A DNA stretch of 64,000 bases from an uncultured Planctomycetia bacterium (GTDB lineage Bacteria > Omnitrophota > Gorgyraeia > Duberdicusellales > 4484-171), in contig CAZAYU010000003.1 in NCBI GenBank assembly GCA_964489445.1, positions 134,715-198,714 of the forward strand. Direction: 5' to 3'. The position numbers and the translations under genes were made by a program. Positions 1 through 9,618 of the stretch are shown piece by piece; position 1 is the stretch's first letter; each line of letters opens with the position of its first letter. The notes under the pieces were generated by a model. It was not told the DNA's origin, ran no database searches, and saw only the letters and a list, made by a program, of their open reading frames with translations.

Positions 1-5
1 AACCA

Positions 6-3000
6 ATGTATGAATTAGCAGAAAATTATTTTGTCAGAACCGATGGTAGTTATTATATCTATGATTTACCGGAACATTCTTATGATTTGAGATGGATGAA
101 TCCAGAGATAAATGATTTTTATTATCGGAGTGACAACGAAGATTATGTTGTTCCCTGGGTTAATATTGAAAATATTGCCAAGACTATAGTGAATATTCAG
201 GATAAACAGGAAAAAAATAAAGCAATAAGTTATTTAGTAGAAACACTTTTCTTTTATTCTTATATTATGTCGATAAAATATCCAGATTTAAACGAGCGAT
301 TGTCCGATTCGCTAAGTGAATACGAAAATTTTTTAGGATTCCCTTACTATATTCATAAGGCAATTTCTCTCGGGTTAAATAAGATCGAAAAATCAAACCA
401 AGGAAACAAGGATATAGATTCAGAAGCAATATATAGTGTGTTAACAGAATTTAGTAAGCAGTTTGTCACAATGCACACACAGCATAAAGTATTTATCAGG
501 TCAGAACTAAACGCGATAATAGAGTCCTTAGGCCGGTTCGGTTCTTTGAGCAAACAACAAATAAATTATTTGTTAGAATATATGGATAAGATTGATCAAG
601 AAGAGCAAGCTAATCAGGAAATATTTGGTAACAATAATAAAATAGCACAATCAACTTCTTCAGGAATAGCAAAAGATGAAGATGTAAAAAAGAGGCTGAT
701 AGCGGTGATAAATGCATATATCGAAAGTATTAGAAGAGTAGTCGAGGAGGCAACTTTTAAGAATAATGTTAACGACGAGCAAAATGTATGGAAAGAGTAC
801 CTCAGTCAAAGTTCAAAGAAGAGGATGCTAGAGCTTCAGGATCACATATCGCAAGTTGAGGTGTTTTTAAATGAGATCAAAAATGAAGTGGATTTAAAGG
901 GAATTATCAATGTTCTTAATTCGCATTGTATTCAACCTAATCTATCACAAAGAAAGGTGATTGATTTAGTTGGAAAATATATGCCAGATTTAAACAAGGA
1001 GAAAGTATTTATTATTGATGAAAACTCGTTGTTTCGCTCAATATTCGTAAAGAATGAAGACTTCGGGGCGGTATTTGTGAAATTATTAACAGGCAAAGGC
1101 ATAAATGAGGGTTTCATTTTTATTAACAGCCGTCTAGCGCAAAGCAATATTCGACTAGCTTCATTCTTGATCCATGAGACATTTCACCAAAAAGATAATC
1201 TTCTAAACCACACACCATTACGTAAATTTTTATCCGAGGGAATTACTACTTATCTGCAAAAAAAACAATTGAGAAAGATTATTGTCGACGATGCATCGGA
1301 TATTGGTCTAAGTATCAAAGATGAATTAAGAAATGAATTCTCTACCGATTGGCTTTTGGAATTAATGTTTAATGAGAGGGATTATCTTGTAGATCAGGAA
1401 ACGGAAGAATTAGATCAGAGTAAAATATTGAATTGGCGTATTGATAAGATTTTAACTTATCCTAATGAACGGAGATTTGCTGAAGAACTTGTTCGCCGCT
1501 TTGGAGATACTTTTGTACAAGATATGTATCTTTTGGGAGATACACAATTGTTAGAAGATTTATTGGGACCAAGGTTTAAGATGATTGATTCAATTTTAGA
1601 ACGGGAAGACAAGAAAGGTTTATCATGGCAAAAAGAATATTCGCGATTAGCGTTAATTGCGCTTTCTGATCCCGAGGTTAGCATAGACACCTTAAATTGT
1701 TTTGACGAAGTTATAGATATAGTAGTTGATTCTTTAGATGACTGTTATTGGGGTTCGTTAGAATATGAAAAGAATGGAACGTATGGTTTTAATATTATCG
1801 TTCAGACGATTTATAACGATGAAACTATTTATGATTATGCGAAAAAATTCGAGCAAAATGATTATAGCCGAAAAGAAGTTGAAGTTGATGCAAAAGAATA
1901 TGTAAATAGTATTATTAAAGAGAAATTATCTTCTTCGGCATTAAATTTTATCGATCTTTTTGGCAAGGGCAGCTTAAGTGTTTTTAGAGGCAGTTATGAA
2001 GGATATAATCACGTTACACTGTTTTTCAAAGGCGAAAACAATGAGGCAATCATCAAATTATTACCATCGTTAGATAAATATTCAGAATTTGAATTTGCTA
2101 TGCCATTGGAAGAAAGATTGGAGTTTATTAAGCTGGCCAAAGAAAAACTAAAAGGAATTATTACTTTACAGGATGCATTTGAAGATGTTGAAATAGATAA
2201 AAGTGTTTTTCCTCCGGGCTTTGATTTTAATAGTATTCAGGGACAGATGAAAGAGAACTCAGTGCTAGTTTCTTTAGTGAAAGTAGACAGGAAAGTTTCC
2301 CCTTTATTTTATTCCGAGTCTGATAGTGAAAATTCTGTTGAAGCTAGTGATATTCCCTCTTTTGCAGATTTATTAGCTGATGAGATAGGTTTTGGAATAA
2401 ATAATGAGGTTTTTGGATGGAGCCAGGATACTTTTGACTGGTTTAAGAGAGTTGTTGATGATTATTTTGCTAAATTTCAAGAGTGTTGCCGGAGAGGTGT
2501 TTTCCCCGCAGATTATAAAATGAATAATTGCGGCATAACAGATAAAAATGAAGTATTAATCGCGGATATTGATTTGATGCTTTTTGGTGGAAAAAGAAAG
2601 TTAGGTGATGTGTTTATTGATACTTATGGAAAAGATTATCAAAAGATAGTAGAAAATGCTTTTAAGAAGATTAAAGAGACAGATCAGGGATTATTTTTTA
2701 TAGCATTAGAAAATTGTTTGATTGATAGTTTAGGAGAAAAAAAATATTTTTCCGAGGAAACGTTACAAGAGTTGATTAATAAAATGCGTTTGTATTATAG
2801 ACAGCAGGCCGGTGAAGTGTTTAGCTATGAAAATATTGAAAAAATTTGGGCCCAAAACTTGATAGCCGAATATTTAGCAAAAGAGCAAACTATTCAAGAT
2901 GCAATAGGCGTCTTAGGAGAAGAACATTCTCTTGAAGTAATTATGGATGGTAGTTTAAATAACACGGAAAAAAGTATTGTAAATCAAAAACAGCTGGATA

Positions 3001-6000
3001 ATTTTGGGCAAATGCTTTTTGGAAATTTTAAACAAAATGATTTATTTAAAACTATATTTAAGTATGTTTATGATGAAGCTGTGTTATCTGTTCGCGGAGC
3101 AGCCTTTTTACAATTTAAGCCGGTTGCAAATTGTAAGATAATAATTGAATCTCAACTTACGGTAAAAACGCTCGATGATGGGCAAAAAGCATTAGAAGTA
3201 AAGATATCTAGCCGGGCTACAGATGAAAATAATAATCTGGATAATAATTTTAAATATCTTAAGATTAAAGAGGATTCTTTGGAAATAGTAAATATGTTTT
3301 CTCAGCGCTTAGAAGGAGTTTCTTTAGAAAAGATTCCGGGGCAGGTGACGTTTAATGTTCCATTACAGTATTTAGAAATAAATGCAGCTGCTTCATCTGC
3401 ATTAGTAAGAAATAGAGAAAATAAGCCGGTAAATTTAGCAGATATCTTGGGAGAAGGGCAAATAGAGTATTTAGGCCGGGGAAGTAAGCAATTAGCTTTT
3501 CTTTGGAAAAGAGAAGGAAAACCGGATATGGTAGTGAAAATATTTGCCTTGATGGATGGTGATTCCCTGGCGAGAGGAATTGTTGAGAAAGTGAATATTG
3601 ATGAGCAATTAAAAAATATTAAGTTTTCTATTGAGCGTCTAAAAGGAATTACTACGCTTGTTGAGATTGCGAAGGATGTGGAAATTGAACGAATTAGATT
3701 TCCAGATGATTATTTTAATTTTAATGATATGCAAAAAAACTTAGAATATGATGAATTGGTGTTTCCGGTAGTAATAATTGAAGAAAAAGTTATTCCTTTA
3801 GTTTATTCCAATATTTATGATGGAATTACACGAATATCTAAAGGGGATGTGCCTAATTTTTCTGCTATTTTGTCAAAACAAGCCATAGAAGAAATAATGA
3901 ATAATGATATAGCTTCTCTAGGGGAGTTAGAAGTTTTCTCCCGATTCAAAAAAATAGTTGACGGGTATTTTAGAGCATTTGAATATTGTTGTCGGAAAGG
4001 AGTTTTTCCCGGGGATTACAAAATGAGTAATTGTGGGGTAACAGAAGATGATGATGTTCTAATATTTGACACGGATATGATGTTTTTTAATGGAAGTCGT
4101 TCGGTAGATGATGTTCTTTTGGAAATATACGGAGAAAACTATAAGACCCGAATGAAAAGACAGTTCATGGATATTTGGGCAGATGATATTAGTTTATTCT
4201 TTTCCGGAATGAAAGCTATTAGTATGGGTAATTTAGGTGATCAAGAAAATGATCTCGGCAAAAGAATAGAAGATCTAAAGGAAATAATGGTTAACTATTA
4301 TAACCAAAAATTTAAAAAAACATTTAATTACGAAAATATCAATAAAATATGGGCTATGGGTACAGAATCATCTTCTTCAGCGGTGGGAGAAGATAGTCAG
4401 GGGACAACAGAGCAAATAAAGCAAATTGTTGAGGGGCTAAAAATGAAAGTGCATGAGCCTGAAAATTTTGAGACAGCTATTGATGAATTAGAAATCGTAG
4501 CAACGGATACACAATATCAATTAAGCATAAGAATGGAAGCAGTCCAGGCTTTAAATGATTTATTTTTAGAAGCCAAAGATAGTGGAGACGGATTTTATGT
4601 TGCAGTAGTTTTGGCAGGCATCGTGTCTGATTTTCCTGTTCAACAAGTCGTATCAAACAGCATTATTAACATGTTTCTTAATGTTCTTTTAGGTAATCAA
4701 ACTATAAGTATTGATGGAAATCGTAAAAGTCAATATCATGCAGCGCATGGTTTATCCGTAATAGCTGACCGTTTTCCTAAACTAATTACACAAAGTTGGC
4801 TTAAGGCGTTAAAAATCTCTTTAGAAAGTTTAGATTATGCAACACAAATTGAAGCGGGTCGTGTGTTAAAAAGAATAGCAGATTATCGGTCGGAGTTAAT
4901 AAGTCCTAGTCAAAAAACTAATGAATTTAATATAGTAGCTTTTGAATCTGTTAAGAAAGAAATAGCTGATTTATTTGAGGATATAGAAATTATTTCTTTG
5001 ACGCAGAAGACCCCCGATAATAATTTGAGCATAGATGCTAAAGAAACAGGCGAAGTTATTAATCGGATTCTTCAAAAAACGGGCATCAAAATAAAAATTA
5101 GAGTACATGAAGTAGCTAGTATTAAAGCGGCCAAAGGTTTAATTAAGCTATTAAGTTTAAACAGAGATAGTGTTGTTATTGTCTATGCTGAAGAGGTTAG
5201 CGAAAGGCTAACAAGAGAAGAGTTTCCCGGATATAGTATAGAAAAATTTAAAGTTGGGGATATACGCAATAGCATTATCATGTTCGGAGATAGGATAAAG
5301 CCTATTTTTGACTATTCTAATCAGTGTGTAATTCCGTATACTTTTGTTAAATACCGCGCTTCTAATGTTTTTACCAAAGAAGAAAAAGATCAAGCGTACA
5401 AGCAGCTTAGCATAGGTAAAAGACAAATTATTGTATTTGGTTCACCGAATGACAATGAAGAGATAGAAAGCGTGGTAGCAGCCTACAATAGTCTTTATGG
5501 CGAAAAAGACACAAGAAATAGACCATTGCTTATTATTGCGCCTAGATATAAGCAAAAGCCAATTTTCTGGCAAAGGTTATTATCCGGTTATCAACATAAG
5601 ATAAAATTTCGTAATAATTCCACATTGCCTTTTGCTGACATGGAAAGAGAAAATGTACTTATACTGAATACTAAAGGGGAATTGTCAAAAATATATGGAA
5701 TTAGTGATGTGAGTATAGTCGGTAGAGATCGCAATATTGTAGAGCCAGCAATCCAAAGTAAACCGGTTTTTTATTTTGAGGGAGATTGGACTAATAACCA
5801 AGAAGTAAAAGATGGATTAGTAGAGATAGGTGGTGCACGTGAATTTAAATTGGATAGTTTTAGGGAGATAATGGAAAATTTTCAACAACGTTTAATGATG
5901 GGAAAACAAGGTGAAACTTTTGTCAAGCAGTTTAATGAGGAAAAAGAAAAAGAAGTACTAAGAGAGTCTAGTAAATTTATTTTATCTTCTGTAATTAGTG

Positions 6001-8141
6001 CAGCTTTGGGAGGAGAGGAAAAATTGGTATTAGTTACTAGTTCTTCGTCTCTTTCACTACAAGAAGAAAAAGAATTTAAATTTTATGTAGAAAAAGGGAT
6101 TATAGTGTTAATAGAGAAAGGACAGTATGCTGTGCTTCAGAATTGGACTCCGCAATATACCCCCTATATGGCAGGATATTGGTCTAAAGTATCTGGTGAG
6201 GATAGAGCGTTAATAGAAGCAAGAGATATAGCGAAAGAATATTTTACACCGGATGAAATAATGGACGCGGTATCTATTCAGAAAACAGGAGAAAATAACG
6301 AGCAGTTGTTAAATCAAAAAAAAGCACCTAACCTCAGAGAATTAAAGGATGAGGAGTTAAAGAAGATTGGTGATAATTTAGAAATTCATGGTGGTGAATT
6401 CCTGGGCAGAGAATTAACGGTAGATGTTTTAAAAGACAATGGCCTTTTGCCAAAATATGGTGTTGAGTTTGAGGGTGTGGGTATTTATTTTTCCTTGCCT
6501 TATAAATTGGTCAATAATAGAATCGCGTTTGTGGTTTATGTTGAGTCGGGAGGAAGTTTTATTGCTCGTTCCTATTATCGTAGTAATTCACAAGGTTTAT
6601 TTCGTTATCTGCCGAAATACCGGCTTATTGGCGAAAAAGTGACCTGGTTTGATAAAGGATACAGTGAAGAAAGTCTAAACGCTCCGTTGTTCATACAACA
6701 GGCGCTGTCTGTAATTATTCAAAAAGAATTTGCGTTACAGTTGAAAGAAGATCCTTATTTTATATTTTCCGGAACAGCACATTCATTATTTGATGATGTT
6801 ACAGGAACATACTATCGGGAGACCAACGGGAAACCTTTTCCTTTAGATGGTAATTTTGGTGATGTTTACGATGAAAACAATAATCTTGCTCCGGAAGATA
6901 TTAAATTTACTGTTTCGGAAGACGAGCCTGATTTTAATGTGTTAGTAACCCAATTTACGATACCAACAGTACTTTATGGAGATGTGACTGTTGAAGCATA
7001 TCTTTCTAAAAACGGTAAATTTCAATATATGTTTTGTAAGGATAATCTTAATAGAGTATGGATAGGAGGAATAGAAGATAATAGCGAGGTAACTTCATTA
7101 GGGTTAAGGAAAAATTGGGTTTATGCCGGAAAGTTGACCACACCAGCTTTTGAATATGCCAAACAAGCCGGTATTTATGGTAATGGTAATCTAAGTAAAG
7201 GACGTTATGTCGATATGTATAAGCATTACATAAGTAAAATTCCGGTAATTCAGAAATATATTAGCAGAAAACAAAATGGCCAAACTCCTCCTTTTTATTT
7301 ACAGCAAGGAATAGAGCTGATAAATGAGAATGAACATAAAAAAGCAATCGAGGTATTCGATGTAGCGATAGAACTATATCCGAGTGTAAACAGTTTTTGG
7401 TTTCACCGGGGGCGGGCTTACCATTATTTAGGAGATTTAGTAAAAGCCGAACGCGATTATCTTAAAGCTATAGATCTTGACTCTACTGTACTTTCAATAT
7501 ATTTATCATTAATTGATCTTTATTTTCAGAAAGGTGATATTGAGAAAGCTGAGCATATTTTAGAAGATGAGTTGATAAATTTTGATAGGAATAATTACAA
7601 TGAATACCGTCAAAGATTAGATGAGTTTATTGTCCGGAAAAGATTCGGACAAGGGGTACAAGTTACTTTACAGAAAATAAGCATCAAAGAAGGCAATAGA
7701 TCAAAGATACAAGCGGGCAAGGTAATGAAAGGTGTCTTGGCCAATGGTATACAGGCTGGCAGGCCGGTAATATTGTCAGATAAAGGCAAGACTACCCCAG
7801 TAGAAAAAATAGAAGTATTAAATGCTGGCATGCTGAATGTTTATACTCGTACATCTTTATATAAAGTAAGCAGTAATGTTGCTTCTTCGGCAATCAAACC
7901 TGTCTTTTTGGTATCGGAAGAACTTAATACTTTGGATAAACAGAAAAATAAAGGCGGTATTGATCTAACACCTGAACACTTAGATTTAGAGATTAAAGGC
8001 GAAGGAATAAATTTTCAAAATGTTGATATTCCGTTTGATATTCGGAATTTTCAAGGATTTACCTTTCAGATTATAAAAATCAAGCGGATTAAAAATTCAC
8101 AGGAGATTTTTTCTTCGCCAGAACTTGCCTTGGCAAATTAA
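6..8141 (+). CDS. Giant multidomain protein, C-terminal 2711 aa (probably 5'-truncated by the window edge). It carries an HExxH motif, a tandem ~500-aa module duplication, a GT30 (Kdo-transferase, KdtA)-like C-terminal domain and C-terminal TPR repeats
   Basis: One uninterrupted ORF from the track; the frame is open at position 6 with no upstream stop visible. HETFH motif at nt 1173-1187. Paired motifs CCRRGVFPADYKMNNCG (nt ~2484) and CCRKGVFPGDYKMSNCG (nt ~3987), and YENIEKIW/YENINKIW, recur at ~1503-nt spacing. Residues ~1790-1960 (nt ~5370-5900) align to the KdtA C-terminal domain ('LLIIAPRY' vs 'LLILVPRH'; 'NTKGELSKIYGISDVSIVG' vs 'GDTMGELMLLYGIADLAFVGGS'). TPR-like helices at nt ~7300-7560. 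Confidence 0.7.
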   Translation: MYELAENYFVRTDGSYYIYDLPEHSYDLRWMNPEINDFYYRSDNEDYVVPWVNIENIAKTIVNIQDKQEKNKAISYLVETLFFYSYIMSIKYPDLNERLSDSLSEYENFLGFPYYIHKAISLGLNKIEKSNQGNKDIDSEAIYSVLTEFSKQFVTMHTQHKVFIRSELNAIIESLGRFGSLSKQQINYLLEYMDKIDQEEQANQEIFGNNNKIAQSTSSGIAKDEDVKKRLIAVINAYIESIRRVVEEATFKNNVNDEQNVWKEYLSQSSKKRMLELQDHISQVEVFLNEIKNEVDLKGIINVLNSHCIQPNLSQRKVIDLVGKYMPDLNKEKVFIIDENSLFRSIFVKNEDFGAVFVKLLTGKGINEGFIFINSRLAQSNIRLASFLIHETFHQKDNLLNHTPLRKFLSEGITTYLQKKQLRKIIVDDASDIGLSIKDELRNEFSTDWLLELMFNERDYLVDQETEELDQSKILNWRIDKILTYPNERRFAEELVRRFGDTFVQDMYLLGDTQLLEDLLGPRFKMIDSILEREDKKGLSWQKEYSRLALIALSDPEVSIDTLNCFDEVIDIVVDSLDDCYWGSLEYEKNGTYGFNIIVQTIYNDETIYDYAKKFEQNDYSRKEVEVDAKEYVNSIIKEKLSSSALNFIDLFGKGSLSVFRGSYEGYNHVTLFFKGENNEAIIKLLPSLDKYSEFEFAMPLEERLEFIKLAKEKLKGIITLQDAFEDVEIDKSVFPPGFDFNSIQGQMKENSVLVSLVKVDRKVSPLFYSESDSENSVEASDIPSFADLLADEIGFGINNEVFGWSQDTFDWFKRVVDDYFAKFQECCRRGVFPADYKMNNCGITDKNEVLIADIDLMLFGGKRKLGDVFIDTYGKDYQKIVENAFKKIKETDQGLFFIALENCLIDSLGEKKYFSEETLQELINKMRLYYRQQAGEVFSYENIEKIWAQNLIAEYLAKEQTIQDAIGVLGEEHSLEVIMDGSLNNTEKSIVNQKQLDNFGQMLFGNFKQNDLFKTIFKYVYDEAVLSVRGAAFLQFKPVANCKIIIESQLTVKTLDDGQKALEVKISSRATDENNNLDNNFKYLKIKEDSLEIVNMFSQRLEGVSLEKIPGQVTFNVPLQYLEINAAASSALVRNRENKPVNLADILGEGQIEYLGRGSKQLAFLWKREGKPDMVVKIFALMDGDSLARGIVEKVNIDEQLKNIKFSIERLKGITTLVEIAKDVEIERIRFPDDYFNFNDMQKNLEYDELVFPVVIIEEKVIPLVYSNIYDGITRISKGDVPNFSAILSKQAIEEIMNNDIASLGELEVFSRFKKIVDGYFRAFEYCCRKGVFPGDYKMSNCGVTEDDDVLIFDTDMMFFNGSRSVDDVLLEIYGENYKTRMKRQFMDIWADDISLFFSGMKAISMGNLGDQENDLGKRIEDLKEIMVNYYNQKFKKTFNYENINKIWAMGTESSSSAVGEDSQGTTEQIKQIVEGLKMKVHEPENFETAIDELEIVATDTQYQLSIRMEAVQALNDLFLEAKDSGDGFYVAVVLAGIVSDFPVQQVVSNSIINMFLNVLLGNQTISIDGNRKSQYHAAHGLSVIADRFPKLITQSWLKALKISLESLDYATQIEAGRVLKRIADYRSELISPSQKTNEFNIVAFESVKKEIADLFEDIEIISLTQKTPDNNLSIDAKETGEVINRILQKTGIKIKIRVHEVASIKAAKGLIKLLSLNRDSVVIVYAEEVSERLTREEFPGYSIEKFKVGDIRNSIIMFGDRIKPIFDYSNQCVIPYTFVKYRASNVFTKEEKDQAYKQLSIGKRQIIVFGSPNDNEEIESVVAAYNSLYGEKDTRNRPLLIIAPRYKQKPIFWQRLLSGYQHKIKFRNNSTLPFADMERENVLILNTKGELSKIYGISDVSIVGRDRNIVEPAIQSKPVFYFEGDWTNNQEVKDGLVEIGGAREFKLDSFREIMENFQQRLMMGKQGETFVKQFNEEKEKEVLRESSKFILSSVISAALGGEEKLVLVTSSSSLSLQEEKEFKFYVEKGIIVLIEKGQYAVLQNWTPQYTPYMAGYWSKVSGEDRALIEARDIAKEYFTPDEIMDAVSIQKTGENNEQLLNQKKAPNLRELKDEELKKIGDNLEIHGGEFLGRELTVDVLKDNGLLPKYGVEFEGVGIYFSLPYKLVNNRIAFVVYVESGGSFIARSYYRSNSQGLFRYLPKYRLIGEKVTWFDKGYSEESLNAPLFIQQALSVIIQKEFALQLKEDPYFIFSGTAHSLFDDVTGTYYRETNGKPFPLDGNFGDVYDENNNLAPEDIKFTVSEDEPDFNVLVTQFTIPTVLYGDVTVEAYLSKNGKFQYMFCKDNLNRVWIGGIEDNSEVTSLGLRKNWVYAGKLTTPAFEYAKQAGIYGNGNLSKGRYVDMYKHYISKIPVIQKYISRKQNGQTPPFYLQQGIELINENEHKKAIEVFDVAIELYPSVNSFWFHRGRAYHYLGDLVKAERDYLKAIDLDSTVLSIYLSLIDLYFQKGDIEKAEHILEDELINFDRNNYNEYRQRLDEFIVRKRFGQGVQVTLQKISIKEGNRSKIQAGKVMKGVLANGIQAGRPVILSDKGKTTPVEKIEVLNAGMLNVYTRTSLYKVSSNVASSAIKPVFLVSEELNTLDKQKNKGGIDLTPEHLDLEIKGEGINFQNVDIPFDIRNFQGFTFQIIKIKRIKNSQEIFSSPELALAN
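2100..4400 (+). repeat. Diverged ~1.5-kb tandem module duplication inside the first giant gene
   Basis: Motif pairs at nt 2150/3640 (LKGIITL.../LKGITTL...), 2484/3987 (CCRRGVFPADYKMNNCG/CCRKGVFPGDYKMSNCG) and 2826/4330 (YENIEKIW/YENINKIW). The period is ~1503 nt. Confidence 0.75.
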
Positions 8142-8211
8142 AATTGTTTAACAGAATCTTTCAATAGATAACTTTCGTTAAAAGGCTGTATTTTTTTACT
8201 TTTCTGGTAGA

Positions 8212-9267
8212 ATGTCGCATATGGATAAGGATATTTTTTGTTTAGATAATTATAATTATTCGATATCTCAAGAGTTAATCGCTCAAGAACCTTTTTATCC
8301 CCGGGATGCTTGCAGATTGTTGGCTATTAATCGAAAAGTAAAAACAATTGATGAGGGTATATTCAAGGATATTCTTAATTTTTTTAAAAAAGGAGATGTT
8401 TTAGTACTAAATGACACAAAAGTGATCAAAGCGCGGTTATGCGGAAAAAAAGAGACCGGCGGAAAAGTTGAGGTGTTATTATTAAAAGAAAAAAATCCGG
8501 GAATCTGGGAAGCATTGGTTAATCCCGGAAAACGTTTAAAGATAAATGATAAGATTGTGTTTGAAGAAAATAAAATGTTTGCAAAAATTATCGGGAAAAC
8601 TCATCAAGCAACGAGAATTTTGCAATTTACACCGGTAGATTTTAAACAAACCTTAGATCAGGAAGGAGAAGTCCCTCTTCCTCCTTATATTAAGCAGAAT
8701 GTGAAAGATTTATCCGAGTATCAAACTATTTACGCTCAGAAAGACGGATCAGTTGCCGCTCCTACTGCAGGATTGCATTTTACCAAAGAGTTGCTAAGGA
8801 AGATAAAAGAAAAAGGGGTGAGAGTTGTTTATCTTACATTGCATTGCGGTTTAGCTACTTTTCGTCCGGTAAAGTGTGCTGATATTAGAAATCATGATAT
8901 GGATTCTGAATATTTGAGCATTTCGAAAAATGTAGCAGATGAAATTAATGCTGCTAAAAATAATGGCGGAAAAGTTATCGCCGTAGGAACTACTGCAATC
9001 AGAGCTTTAGAAAGTTCGGCAGTTAAAGGTTCTGGATTAACATTTGAAGTAAAGCCTTTTTCCCGAGAAACTGATTACTATATTGTTCCCGGATATAAAT
9101 TTAAAGTAGTGGACATGGTGATCACTAATTTCCATACCCCTTGCTCTACAAATCTAATATTGATGGCGACTTTTTGCGGGCTTAAATTAATTAATAAGAG
9201 CTATCAGGTAGCCCAAGAAAGGAAATTTCGTTTTTTTAGCTTTGGGGATGCTATGATTATTATATAA
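8212..9267 (+). CDS. queA: S-adenosylmethionine:tRNA ribosyltransferase-isomerase (queuosine biosynthesis)
   Basis: N-terminal 'SQELIAQEPFYPRDACRLL' and the overall ~350-aa architecture match QueA. Confidence 0.88.
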   Translation: MSHMDKDIFCLDNYNYSISQELIAQEPFYPRDACRLLAINRKVKTIDEGIFKDILNFFKKGDVLVLNDTKVIKARLCGKKETGGKVEVLLLKEKNPGIWEALVNPGKRLKINDKIVFEENKMFAKIIGKTHQATRILQFTPVDFKQTLDQEGEVPLPPYIKQNVKDLSEYQTIYAQKDGSVAAPTAGLHFTKELLRKIKEKGVRVVYLTLHCGLATFRPVKCADIRNHDMDSEYLSISKNVADEINAAKNNGGKVIAVGTTAIRALESSAVKGSGLTFEVKPFSRETDYYIVPGYKFKVVDMVITNFHTPCSTNLILMATFCGLKLINKSYQVAQERKFRFFSFGDAMIII

Positions 9268-9618
9268 ATATTATATAAGCTATTGTCGTTCAATCATTTA
9301 AAAAATGTAAAAAAACAGGATCTCTACATTGACTAAAGGATGTATTTTTAATATAATAAAAATACATCTTTATTTTCTTTTTATCTGTTAATCTGGGCAA
9401 AAATGATTAGTTTTGAAAGTGGGAAGCAGTTTTTTAATTAATAAGAAATAACTAAATTGCACAGGCTTAATAAATCTTGAAAATAGATATTAAAATAATG
9501 CTTTAATTGTTAGTATATTCCGCTACAGTAAAGATGCTGCAAATTTTCAACGATAGCTTTAGAACATCTTGGCGGAATCAATTCTCCGTCTAAGGCGGAT
9601 CATTAAGGAGGAGTAAAC

